Position numbers and translations under genes: made by a program. Under the pieces are notes generated by a model. It was not told the origin of the DNA. It searched no databases and was given only the letters and a program-made list of their open reading frames with translations. From assembly GCA_046351235.1 (NCBI GenBank), contig JAXLYV010000014.1, positions 2,453 to 66,452 of the forward strand: 64,000 nt of DNA, in the 5' to 3' direction. Position 1 is the stretch's first letter. Every line of letters begins with the position of its first letter. Source of the DNA: Sandaracinus sp. (GTDB lineage Bacteria; Myxococcota_A; Polyangia; Polyangiales; Sandaracinaceae). Positions 18,616-27,384 of the stretch are shown here, one piece after another.

Positions 18616-20025
18616 ATGCAGCTCCGCCCCTTCGCTTTCTTCTCGCTCGTGGTCGCGCTCGCGGTCACTCCCGCGTGCAGCGCGCTCGTGGCTCCGGACA
18701 CCTCTCGCCTCGGAGGCAGCGACGGGGCGGTCTCCGGTCACGACGGCGGCGGTGGCGGCGTCGATGCCGGCATGGGTCACGACGGCGGCGGTGGCGACGG
18801 TGGTGGCGGGGGATGCGCCACGGGCTGCGACGACGGAATCCCGTGCACGACGGATGCGTGCGACACGGCGCGCAGCACCTGCACGCACACCCCCGACGAC
18901 GCCGTGTGCGGCGCGGGCATGCGCTGCGCGGTGCAGGCCGGCTGCGTCGCGATGCAGTGCGCGAGCGACGCGGAGTGCAGCGACGGGAACGCGTGCAACG
19001 GGATGGAGCGCTGCCAGCCCGGCTCGGGCGGCTCCGATCCGCGGACGGGATGTCGCTCGTCGGACCCGCTCGACTGCGCCGACGGGTCGGACTGCACGCA
19101 GGACTCCTGTGATCCCGCGACGGGCTGTGTCCACGCGCCGATCCCGGACTTCTGTGACGACGGCTTCGCGTGCACGGCCGACTCGTGCGGAGCGGACGGC
19201 TGCGTGCACGAGACGAACGACGCCGCGTGCAGCGGCGGCTGCCTCGTCGGCGCGCGCTGTGACGTGAACGCCGGCTGCGTGGGCGGTGCGCCGATGAGCT
19301 GTCCGGCCGACGGCAATCCGTGCACCACGGACCCGACGACGTGCGATCCGGGCACGGGCACCTGCCTCCATCCGCCTCGCGACGACGACGGTGACGGCTT
19401 CGCCATCGAGACCGCGGTCAACCAGGCGGGCATGACGGTCACCTGCGAGGGCGGGACGGACTGCGACGACACCGATCCCGACGTGAGCCCGAACGGGATC
19501 GAGGTCTGCAATGCCATCGACGACGACTGCAACGGCCTCGTGGACGACGGCGACGTCTGCGGGATGACGGGCCCCGATGGCTGCTCGACCGCGACGGCGC
19601 TGACGCCCGGCGTGCCGACGGTCGCTTCGACGGCCGGCCTCCGCGACGACTTCGCGACCAGCTGCGGCGGTCGCGGCTCGCCGGATGCCGTGTACTACGT
19701 CGACATCCCCGGCGGCGTGCTGACGGGTGCCGTGGACGTGATCCTGACGACGGATGCGCCCGAGACGACCTACGACACCGTGCTCGGCACGTACCTCGCG
19801 ACGGGTGTGACGGGGCGCTGCCCGACCACGCAGTTCGGGTTCAACAACCGCTGCAACGACGACATCACACCCGCGAACACGAACAGCCGCGTCACGGTCT
19901 GCGTCAACGGCAGCATCGTCACGGCCGGGGCTCGCCTCTTCGTCCTCGTCGACGGCGCCGCGAACGAGTCGGGCGCCTACTCGGTGACGGCGCAGATCAT
20001 GCCGCGCAGCACGCCCTGCAACTGA
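18616..20025 (+). CDS. Secreted Cys-rich protein with one MopE-type motif and a C-terminal beta-sandwich-like module
   Basis: The ATG at 18616 is preceded by GGAGG at 18604. Signal MQLRPFAFFSLVVALAVTPAC. Repeated C-x-D-x-x-C units. MopE-type motif DCDDTDPDVSPNGIEVCNAIDDDCNG. The C-terminus is related to that of the 13880..15562 product. Confidence 0.75.
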   Translation: MQLRPFAFFSLVVALAVTPACSALVAPDTSRLGGSDGAVSGHDGGGGGVDAGMGHDGGGGDGGGGGCATGCDDGIPCTTDACDTARSTCTHTPDDAVCGAGMRCAVQAGCVAMQCASDAECSDGNACNGMERCQPGSGGSDPRTGCRSSDPLDCADGSDCTQDSCDPATGCVHAPIPDFCDDGFACTADSCGADGCVHETNDAACSGGCLVGARCDVNAGCVGGAPMSCPADGNPCTTDPTTCDPGTGTCLHPPRDDDGDGFAIETAVNQAGMTVTCEGGTDCDDTDPDVSPNGIEVCNAIDDDCNGLVDDGDVCGMTGPDGCSTATALTPGVPTVASTAGLRDDFATSCGGRGSPDAVYYVDIPGGVLTGAVDVILTTDAPETTYDTVLGTYLATGVTGRCPTTQFGFNNRCNDDITPANTNSRVTVCVNGSIVTAGARLFVLVDGAANESGAYSVTAQIMPRSTPCN

Positions 20026-20167
20026 CGCACGCGGCTCGGGTCGTGCGGGGGGGCGCGGGAGGGGGCGCGCGCGCCGCGCGATCCGGGCCCCTGATCGCAC
20101 GTTCCGCGCTCCTCCCTCTCGCAGCGGACTTGGCGAGCCGCCGCGATTTCTGTGAACATGGCCGGCA

Positions 20168-23100
20168 GTGGCCGAAGTGAACGACGCGATCCGCCCGACG
20201 CTCCTCATGGTGGGGCGGGGCGAGGCGATGGACGCCGCGCTCAAGGTCGCGCTCGACCGTCACGGGCTGCGCGTCGCCGAGTCGAGCGCCGAGGTGAAGA
20301 CGGCGGTCCGCACGATCGCGCCCGACGTCGTCCTGCTCGTGGGGGATGCGGCGGCGGACGGCGGGCGCGTGGTCCTCGACGCGCTCGCGACCGACGCCGT
20401 GACCAACGTCGTCCCGGTCATCGTCCTCGGGCCGGCCGAGAAGCTCGACGGTCGCCTCACCGCCTTCCGCGCCGGCGCCGTCGCGGTCGTGCCGCGCACG
20501 GCCAGCGCCGATCAGATCGCGACCCGCATCGCCGTCGTCGCACGGGAGATCGCCGAGCGCGGCGAGGCCCGCCCCGACGAGCTCGGAGAAGCGACCTTCG
20601 ACGAGCTCGTGACGATGGTCGCGAGCGAGCTGCGCTCGGGCATCCTCTCGGTGGGCCGCCAGCGCGGTGGCCAGAGCAACGAGGCGATGCGCATCGTGCT
20701 CGGCGCCGGGCGCCCGGTCGCCGATGCGGTCGAGGAGTTCGTGCGCAAGCTGCGCCCGCTCGTCTCCCGCGCCGAGCCGCTCACGTACGAGCTCCATGCG
20801 AGCGCGGGCGGCCCCGTGGGGCTGCTCGACGCCGAGCCGGCAGGCCGCGGCGATCTCTCGATCCTGCAAGGCCTGCGCGTGATCCTCGTCGACAGCGACG
20901 CGTCGCGCGCCGACACGCTCGCGCAGGAGCTCCGCTCGCGCGGCGCCGTCGTCGCGGTCGCCGATCCCAGCGCGCGCGGGATCGAGCGCGCGCGCGGGCT
21001 CGACCCCCAGGTCGTCATCGTGGACGCCGCCGGCATGGACGGCGAGGGCTTCGAGGTGGTGCGCGCGATCCGGCGCGACCTGCGCCTGCGCTGGGCGGCG
21101 ATGCTCGTCGCGCCCTGGGCCGAGATCTGGCCCGAGAACGCCGCGACGCCCGATCTCGCCGAGCTCGCCCTGCGGCTCATGCCGCTCGTGGTCCACGACC
21201 GCGAGCTGCGCGTGCGGGCGACCGCGGAGGCGAAGTTCGACGCGCGCCTCGAGGTCATCGGGCCGAGCCGCATGCTGCGCGTGCTCGCCTCGCTGCCGGG
21301 GCCCTTCCACGTCCACGTGCAGTCGCGGAAGGCTTCGGTCGAGATCGACGTCGCCGAAGGGCTCATCGTGGGCGCGAAGGCGACGCGCGCGGCGGGCGAC
21401 GGGCTCGAGGGAACGCGCGCGCTGGCGGCGCTGCTCGCGATGGCGAGCGCGCGCGTGAGCATCGAGCGGCGACCGAACCCGGCGACGGCGAACGTGATGG
21501 CGCCGGTCGAGGAGGCGCTCGCGCGCGCCAGCCAGGAGGTGGCACCGATTCCGGTGTCGCAGCCGCCGCCCCCGCCGAGCGCGACGTCGAAGCCGGGCAA
21601 GCGATCGCCGTTCCCGACGGCCTCCGAGGTGACGCGCGTCGTGCTCGACGACGATGGCGACAGCTCGGGCCCGCTCCGGCCTCCGATCGCGCCACGGACG
21701 CGCGCGAACCAACCCTCGAGCCACGCGAGCTCGCGCGATCTCCGCTGGGGCGAGTCCGAGCATGGCGCCGGGCCGCCGCCTGCGACGAGCGCGGGCGAGG
21801 CCGCGGCTTCGCCCTCGCAGGTGGGCGCCGTTCCGCAAGGCGTCTTCTCCGGCACGGGCGCGAGCGCGCCGAAGATGCCGGCCGTGCTCGGCAAGTCCCC
21901 GACGCGCACGGGCGCCGCGGCGAGCGCGTTCGGCGACGCGAAGCCGACCGACCGATACGATCTGCCCGTGCCCTCGGCGGCGCGCGGAGGCGAGGGCGAC
22001 AAGCTCGACAAGCCCTTCTTCCCTGCCGTGACACCCGCGGCGCCGCCGCGTCGCGACGATGCGACCGTGCGCGTGCACGGCGAAGACCTCGCGCGCGCGA
22101 GAGACGGCGCCCCCTCCGTCCCGCTGCCGAGCAAGCTCGAGCCGAAGAAGTCGTCGTCGCCCGGCTTCCCGGCGGCGCCTGCGGCGCGCGTCGAGCTTCC
22201 GCTCGGCACGAAGGGCTCTTCGCCGGGATTCGTCGGCGCGCCCTCCGCGAAGGCGCCGGTGCCAGCACGAACCGGTCTCCCGCTCGGCATGGTGAGCTCG
22301 TCGCCGGGCACGGCCTCGTCGCCCGCGCCCGCCGCCTCCGCGCAGAGCTCCTCCCCGGGTGGCGTGGAGCCGCCCGCGCTCGTGGCGGCCCCGCCCACGC
22401 TCGTGCCGACGCCCGAGCCCTCGCCCGCGGCATCGCCCGCGGGACCGCGCCCACCGGGCCGGAAGCAGACGTTGGTGATGGGCGCGCTCCAGGGCATCGC
22501 GCGCCCCGCGCCGGTGATGCCGACGCCGCCCGTGCCGGTGCCGAGCTCCGCGATCGTGCCGCGCTCGCCGACGGTCACGATGGGCTCGGTCGAGGGGGAA
22601 GCGCCGCACTCGGCGCCGCCGCCGCCCGAGCCTTCGGCAGCGCCGTCGCCGATCACGACCATGAGCGCCTCGCTCGAGGACGAGGCGAGCGACGATCCGC
22701 TCTTCGCGGACGGAAAGTCGAAGCTCGCGAGTGGAGAGCACGAGAGCGAGCCGCCTTCCGCGCCCGCGCCCGCGCCCGCGCTGACGACGGGCGAGCACAC
22801 GAGCCCGAGCACGCGCCCGTTCGTGCCGGACGGCGAGGCCATGAAGGAGCCGGTGGGCGCGCCACCCGTCCCCGACACCGCGCTGATCGCGCCGCCCACA
22901 CCGCGCGCGCGTCCGAAGGTGGAGGCCCCGCCACCGAGCGCCGAGCCCCCGCCCGCGATGGATGAACACGCGCCGGTGGGCTCGCTCGCGATGAGCCTGC
23001 CGCCTGCGGCGCCGACGCCGGTGCTCACGCCCTCGCGCTCCGACGCGACCCCGCTCGGCGTCATCAGCATGCCGGCGCCGCCGTCGGGGGTGCCGACGGG

Positions 23101-23836
23101 ATCGAACCGCCCTCCCGCCGCGCCGGCGGGGGGCACGGGTCGCGGGATCGCGTGGGTGCTCGTCGGTCTCGGCGTGCTCGCGCTCCTCGGGGCCGCGGCG
23201 TTCGTCGCGTACCAGCGCCAGGACGAGCTGCGCGCGCTCCTCGGCGGCGAGGGCAGCACGGTGGTGGCGGTCGCGCTCGACGCGGGTGCGGTGCCTTCGA
23301 TCGAGATCGATGCGGGCACAGCCACGGCGCTCGGCGCGGGCACCGGCAGCGCGCCCGAGGCGGCGGTCGACGCGGGCGTCGCGCCGAGCGACGCGTGGGT
23401 CGAGGCGCCCGATGCGTGGGCCGCGCCGGCCGAGGACGCCGCCGTCGTGGCGGAGCCCGACGCGTGGGCCGCCGAGGAAGTGGCCGAGGCGACCCCGAGC
23501 GAGGGCACGAGCGCGCTCGATCTCGTCGAGCAGGCGAGCCACGCGCCGCCGGAGCAGGCCGAGACGCTGCTGCGGCGCGCGCTGACGGTCGATCCGCGCG
23601 AGCACCACGCGGCGCTCGCGCTGGCGGAGCTCCTGATGCACCGGCACGCGCCGGCCGAGGCCGTTCCGCTCTACGAGCTCGTGGTGCGCCGACGCCCGGG
23701 CCGCGCCGAGTACCGCGTCGATCTCGGCGACGCGCGCCGCGATGCCGGCGACGCCGAGGGCGCGCGCGCCGCCTGGCGCGAGGCGCTCGAGATCGATCCC
23801 GACAACGCCGACGCGCACGAGCGGCTCGGGCAGTAG
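20168..23836 (+). CDS. Giant multidomain protein: receiver-like x2, DUF4388-like, ~600-aa Pro/Ala/Ser-rich linker, TM helix, C-terminal TPR
   Basis: Receiver-like segments are PDVVLLVGDAAADGG and LRVILVDSD...QVVIVDAAGMDGEGFEVVRAIR. A DUF4388-like block reads PFHVHVQSRKASVEIDVAEGLIVGAKA...GTRALAALLAM. There is long low complexity and a TM helix, IAWVLVGLGVLALLGAAAFVAY. TPR-like tail: AEYRVDLGDARRDAGDAEGARAAWREALEIDPDNADAHERLG. Confidence 0.75.
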   Translation: MAEVNDAIRPTLLMVGRGEAMDAALKVALDRHGLRVAESSAEVKTAVRTIAPDVVLLVGDAAADGGRVVLDALATDAVTNVVPVIVLGPAEKLDGRLTAFRAGAVAVVPRTASADQIATRIAVVAREIAERGEARPDELGEATFDELVTMVASELRSGILSVGRQRGGQSNEAMRIVLGAGRPVADAVEEFVRKLRPLVSRAEPLTYELHASAGGPVGLLDAEPAGRGDLSILQGLRVILVDSDASRADTLAQELRSRGAVVAVADPSARGIERARGLDPQVVIVDAAGMDGEGFEVVRAIRRDLRLRWAAMLVAPWAEIWPENAATPDLAELALRLMPLVVHDRELRVRATAEAKFDARLEVIGPSRMLRVLASLPGPFHVHVQSRKASVEIDVAEGLIVGAKATRAAGDGLEGTRALAALLAMASARVSIERRPNPATANVMAPVEEALARASQEVAPIPVSQPPPPPSATSKPGKRSPFPTASEVTRVVLDDDGDSSGPLRPPIAPRTRANQPSSHASSRDLRWGESEHGAGPPPATSAGEAAASPSQVGAVPQGVFSGTGASAPKMPAVLGKSPTRTGAAASAFGDAKPTDRYDLPVPSAARGGEGDKLDKPFFPAVTPAAPPRRDDATVRVHGEDLARARDGAPSVPLPSKLEPKKSSSPGFPAAPAARVELPLGTKGSSPGFVGAPSAKAPVPARTGLPLGMVSSSPGTASSPAPAASAQSSSPGGVEPPALVAAPPTLVPTPEPSPAASPAGPRPPGRKQTLVMGALQGIARPAPVMPTPPVPVPSSAIVPRSPTVTMGSVEGEAPHSAPPPPEPSAAPSPITTMSASLEDEASDDPLFADGKSKLASGEHESEPPSAPAPAPALTTGEHTSPSTRPFVPDGEAMKEPVGAPPVPDTALIAPPTPRARPKVEAPPPSAEPPPAMDEHAPVGSLAMSLPPAAPTPVLTPSRSDATPLGVISMPAPPSGVPTGSNRPPAAPAGGTGRGIAWVLVGLGVLALLGAAAFVAYQRQDELRALLGGEGSTVVAVALDAGAVPSIEIDAGTATALGAGTGSAPEAAVDAGVAPSDAWVEAPDAWAAPAEDAAVVAEPDAWAAEEVAEATPSEGTSALDLVEQASHAPPEQAETLLRRALTVDPREHHAALALAELLMHRHAPAEAVPLYELVVRRRPGRAEYRVDLGDARRDAGDAEGARAAWREALEIDPDNADAHERLGQ

Positions 23837-23851
23837 CCTCGTCGCGGCCCT

Positions 23852-24487
23852 TCAGCGCTTGGGCGCGCGCGCGAGCAGCTGCAGCATCGCGGCGCCCGCG
23901 CGCGGCAGATCGATCGGCGCGTCGAGCTCCATCATCGTCTGTCCCCCGATGATCGCCGCGAGGAGGATCGTCGCGACGTCGTTCGCGCCCACGTCGCGGC
24001 GCAGCGTGCCTTCTTCCTGGCTCGCCTCCACGACCTGCGCGACGCGTGTGATCGAGTCGGCGACGAGCGCCACGTAGCGGGCGCGGATCTTCTTGCTGCG
24101 CGCGCACGCGTCGAGCAGCTGGTGAGGCTTGGGGCCGCTCTTGCGCGTGAGCGGGTAGGCGCCCGAGGCGACCGCGCCGAGGAAGCGGCCCACGACCGCC
24201 TCGAAGGTCGGCGGCTCTTCGCCAGGGCGCGCCGGCCCGAGCACCGCGTCGAGAAAGGGAAGGCCCTCGCGCTCCATGACCGCGACCATGAAGTCGTCGC
24301 GGTCCTCGAAGTGCACGTAGAACGCGCCACGCGTGAAGCCGGCGCGCTCGCAGATCGCGTCGAGGCTCGGCCCGTCGAGCCCGTGCGCGGCGAAGAGCTC
24401 GGCGCCTGCGTCGAGCAGCTTCTCGCGGGTCTCGGCCATCGCCTCGGTGCGCGGTCGCGGCGTCTTGGGGCTCGCTTTCGGCTTCAT
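23852..24487 (-). CDS. TetR-family transcriptional repressor
   Basis: HTH: REKLLDAGAELFAAHGLDGPSLDAICERAGFTRGAFYVHFEDRDDF. I placed the start at MKPKAS (24487) so that the palindromic operators fall in the intergenic region. The track start at 24523 would lie between them. Confidence 0.85.
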   Translation of the reverse strand: MKPKASPKTPRPRTEAMAETREKLLDAGAELFAAHGLDGPSLDAICERAGFTRGAFYVHFEDRDDFMVAVMEREGLPFLDAVLGPARPGEEPPTFEAVVGRFLGAVASGAYPLTRKSGPKPHQLLDACARSKKIRARYVALVADSITRVAQVVEASQEEGTLRRDVGANDVATILLAAIIGGQTMMELDAPIDLPRAGAAMLQLLARAPKR

Positions 24488-24494
24488 CGCGTTG

Positions 24495-24546
24495 ACATAC
24501 GGCGTCGTATGTGAGAAGTCCATTTCACATACGGGCTCGTATGTGA
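24495..24546. promoter_or_regulatory. Two copies of the palindrome ACATACG-N4-CGTATGT (candidate TetR operators)
   Basis: Copy 1 at 24495-24512 is ACATACGgcgtCGTATGT. Copy 2 at 24525-24546 is TCACATACGggctCGTATGTGA, with perfect 9-bp arms. Both lie between the divergent TetR gene and the 24565 gene. Confidence 0.55.
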
Positions 24547-24564
24547 GCCCGCCTGCGCTGGAGG

Positions 24565-25116
24565 ATGCCCATGGACGCCGCCCTCGTGCTCGAGCCCGCC
24601 ACCCCGCACGCGCCGCCGCGCATCACGCGCCGGCTCGCCCGCCTCGACGATCTCGTCTTCCTCGAGCACGACGAGCTGCGTCTGCTCTACGAGGGCGCGC
24701 CCGCGCCAGCGCTCACGGATCTCGAGGGTCCGCTGCGCGGGCGCATGCTCGCGGTTCCCGCGCTGCCCGACGTCGTCACGGCGCTGCCGCGCGCGTGGGC
24801 GCGGACGGGCACCTTCCCGTGGCGAGGCAAGACCTTCCTCCCGCGCACCGCGAAGGACGGCGAGGGCATCAACCGCGTCGGCTCCGATCGCGTCTCGCTC
24901 TTCCGCTTCACCACGCGCCTCGCGCCCTCCCGTCACGACCGCGCGCCCGTGCTCGAGCTCGACTACGACCACCGCGGCAACCCGGGCTTCATCCGCCGCA
25001 TCGAGGACGAGGTGCGCACGATCGCGCCCGGGCTCTGGCTCGGGCAGGCTTGGCTGCGCGCCGGCGGCAAGAAGCACTTCGTGCTCTGGTTCGCGCTGAC
25101 GAGCGCGCCGCGGTGA
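24565..25116 (+). CDS. Hypothetical protein (183 aa), first gene of the TetR-controlled unit
   Basis: GC3-rich ORF divergent from tetR. Its stop overlaps the start of the next gene (TGATG at 25114-25118). I cannot confirm any motif. Confidence 0.65.
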   Translation: MPMDAALVLEPATPHAPPRITRRLARLDDLVFLEHDELRLLYEGAPAPALTDLEGPLRGRMLAVPALPDVVTALPRAWARTGTFPWRGKTFLPRTAKDGEGINRVGSDRVSLFRFTTRLAPSRHDRAPVLELDYDHRGNPGFIRRIEDEVRTIAPGLWLGQAWLRAGGKKHFVLWFALTSAPR

Positions 25117-26183
25117 TGCGCGCGCTCGTCACCGGCGCGGGCGGCTTCGTCGGCGGGCACGTCGTCCGCACGCTGCTCGCGGCGGGTCATCGCGTGCGCG
25201 CGCTCGTGCTGCCGCGCGAGCCGCGCACGAACCTCGCAGGGCTCGACGTGGAGATCGCGGTCGGGGACGTGACCGACCGCGGATCGCTCGCCGCCGCGAT
25301 GCGTGGCGTCGACGCGGTGTTCCACGTCGCCGCCGTGTACGCGCTCTGGCTGCGGGACCCCGAGCGGATGTGGCAGGTGAACGTCCAGGGCACGCGCAAC
25401 GTGCTCGAGCTCGCGCACGAGCGGCGCCTGCGCGTGGTGCACACGAGCTCGATCGCGCGCTTCGGCGGGCAGGGCCGCGGCCATCGCGCCACCGAAGCGA
25501 GCCCCTTCTGCCTCGGCGCGACCGGCGATCGCTACTCGATCAGCAAGAACGCCGCGCACGAGGTCGCGGTGCGCGCGGCGCGCGAGGGCCGAGACGTGGT
25601 GATCGCCGCGCCGTGCGGCCCGATCGGTCCGGGCGACGTCGCGCCGACGCCGACCGGCAAGCTCCTGCTCGCCTGCCTCTCCCTGCCGATCGTCACGGTG
25701 ACGCGCACGGTCACGAACTTCGTCGACGTGCGAGAGGTCGCGCTCGCGCATCTGCGCGCGTTCGAGCGCGGCCGCCCGGGCGACGTGTTCCTCGTCGGTC
25801 ATCGTGATCTCTCGCTCGCCGAGCTCGCGCGCCTCGCGCTGCGGGCGCTCGGACGGGAAGGGCGCCCGGTGGTCGAGGTGCCGACGGCCCTCGCGCTCGC
25901 CGCCGGCCATGCCGCCGAGCGGATCGCCGGCCTGACGGGGCGCTCCCCCGTCCTCACGGCGAGCGCGGCGAAGATCGCGGCGCTCGGCCTCGCCGCCGAC
26001 ACCTCGGTCGCGGCGCGCGCTCTCTCGCTCCCGGGCACGCCGATCGAGACGTCGATCGCCGACGCGCTCTCGTGGTTCGAGCGCCACGGCTACCTCGCGC
26101 GCGTCACCCCGTTCGTCGCGATCTCGCCGCTCGCTCAGCCCTCGGCGGGCCGGAACTCGAGCGCGACGCCGTTCATGCAGTAG
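25116..26183 (+). CDS. NAD(P)-dependent epimerase/dehydratase (extended SDR) family protein
   Basis: MRALVTGAGGFVGGHVVRTLL is the Rossmann GxxGxxG motif. YSISK is the catalytic YxxxK. The ATG at 25116 lies in the frame of track ORF 24333..26183. Confidence 0.85.
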   Translation: MRALVTGAGGFVGGHVVRTLLAAGHRVRALVLPREPRTNLAGLDVEIAVGDVTDRGSLAAAMRGVDAVFHVAAVYALWLRDPERMWQVNVQGTRNVLELAHERRLRVVHTSSIARFGGQGRGHRATEASPFCLGATGDRYSISKNAAHEVAVRAAREGRDVVIAAPCGPIGPGDVAPTPTGKLLLACLSLPIVTVTRTVTNFVDVREVALAHLRAFERGRPGDVFLVGHRDLSLAELARLALRALGREGRPVVEVPTALALAAGHAAERIAGLTGRSPVLTASAAKIAALGLAADTSVAARALSLPGTPIETSIADALSWFERHGYLARVTPFVAISPLAQPSAGRNSSATPFMQ

Positions 26184-26692
26184 CGCAGGCCCGTGGGCGG
26201 CGGCCCGTCCGGGAACACGTGGCCGAGGTGGCCATCGCAGCGCGCGCACGAGACGGCGGTGCGGATCATCCCGAGCGAGACGTCGGCCGACTCGCGCACG
26301 CGCCCCTCGAGCGGGCGGTTGAACGAGGGCCAGCCGGTGCCGGACTCGAACTTCTCCTCCGCCTCGAAGAGCGGCGCGCCACATCCCGCGCAGAAGAACG
26401 TGCCGGCGCGGTGCTCGCGCAAGAGCGCGCACGTGCCGGCGCGCTCGGTGCCTTCCTGACGCAGCACGCGGTACTGCTCCTGGGTGAGGCGGCGACGCCA
26501 CTCCTCGTCCGAGAGCTCGAGGCGCGAGCCCACGGGCGGCGGAGGATCGGTGACGTACGAGACCGGCGCCGTGGGCCCGGGCCAGCTGCCCGATTGGCCT
26601 TCGCCGACCGAGGGCTCGCCACACGCCACGCCGAGGACGGAGGTGCCGAGGGCCGAGGTGCCGAGGAGCCGGAGGAGGTCGCGACGGTTCAT
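26135..26692 (-). CDS. msrB: Peptide-methionine (R)-S-oxide reductase MsrB with an N-terminal Tat-type export signal
   Basis: MsrB core: GTFFCAGCGAPLF...KFESGTGWPSF...CARCDGHLGHVF, including two CxxC zinc motifs. It is preceded by MNRRDLLRLLGTSALGTSVLGVAC. Confidence 0.9.
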   Translation of the reverse strand: MNRRDLLRLLGTSALGTSVLGVACGEPSVGEGQSGSWPGPTAPVSYVTDPPPPVGSRLELSDEEWRRRLTQEQYRVLRQEGTERAGTCALLREHRAGTFFCAGCGAPLFEAEEKFESGTGWPSFNRPLEGRVRESADVSLGMIRTAVSCARCDGHLGHVFPDGPPPTGLRYCMNGVALEFRPAEG

Positions 26693-26740
26693 GCCTCTTC
26701 GTTCGCGCCGGCCGCGGCCGGCGTTACGCGGCCGCGCGCG

Positions 26741-27358
26741 TCAGATCCTGCCCGTCCGGAGGAGGGCCTCGGCGAGCGGGGCCATGCGCACGCGCCGGTG
26801 GCGCTCTGCGAGCGCGATCCCGAGCAGCGCGCGCTTGGACTTCTCGAGCTCGTCGTTGACGATCACGTAGTCGAAGAAGCCGTAGTGCTCGATCTCCACC
26901 TGTGCGTGCTTGAAGCGCCGCTCGATCACCTCGGGCGAGTCGGTGGCGCGGCCCTCGAGACGCTTGCGCAGGATCTCGAGCGAGGGCGGCAGCACGAACA
27001 CGCCGATCGCCTCGGGTCGCGTGGCCTTGATCTGGCGGGCGCCCTGGTAGTCGATGTCGAAGACGATGCCGCGCTTGCCTTGCGCGCGCGCGCGCTCGAG
27101 CTCGGCGAGGCTCGTGCCGTAGAGGTTGCCGTGCACCTCGGCCCACTCGGCGAAGCCGCCCGAGGCGCGCACGAGCTCGAACGTCGCGCGGTCGACGAAG
27201 TGGTAGTGCTCTCCGTTCGTCTCGCCCGCGCGTGGCTTGCGCGTCGTGTGCGAGACCGAGAACGTGTAGTCCGGCAGCTGCTCGAGCAGGTACTTCGTGA
27301 GCGTCGTCTTTCCGGCGCCCGAGGGAGAGCTGAGGATCAGCAGGATGAGGTCGTCCAT
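26741..27358 (-). CDS. gmk: Guanylate kinase
   Basis: P-loop LSSPSGAGKTTL, plus SVSHTTRKPRAGE.NGEHYHFV and IVFDIDYQGARQIK. Confidence 0.95.
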   Translation of the reverse strand: MDDLILLILSSPSGAGKTTLTKYLLEQLPDYTFSVSHTTRKPRAGETNGEHYHFVDRATFELVRASGGFAEWAEVHGNLYGTSLAELERARAQGKRGIVFDIDYQGARQIKATRPEAIGVFVLPPSLEILRKRLEGRATDSPEVIERRFKHAQVEIEHYGFFDYVIVNDELEKSKRALLGIALAERHRRVRMAPLAEALLRTGRI

Positions 27359-27384
27359 CGCAGAGCGCCCACTGTAGCGCGAGC

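Noticed and set aside
24565-25116. Vague resemblance of the 183-aa TetR-adjacent protein to GXWXG/DUF4334-type proteins.
   Set aside because: The defining GxWxG motif is not present in recognisable form. I left the protein as hypothetical.
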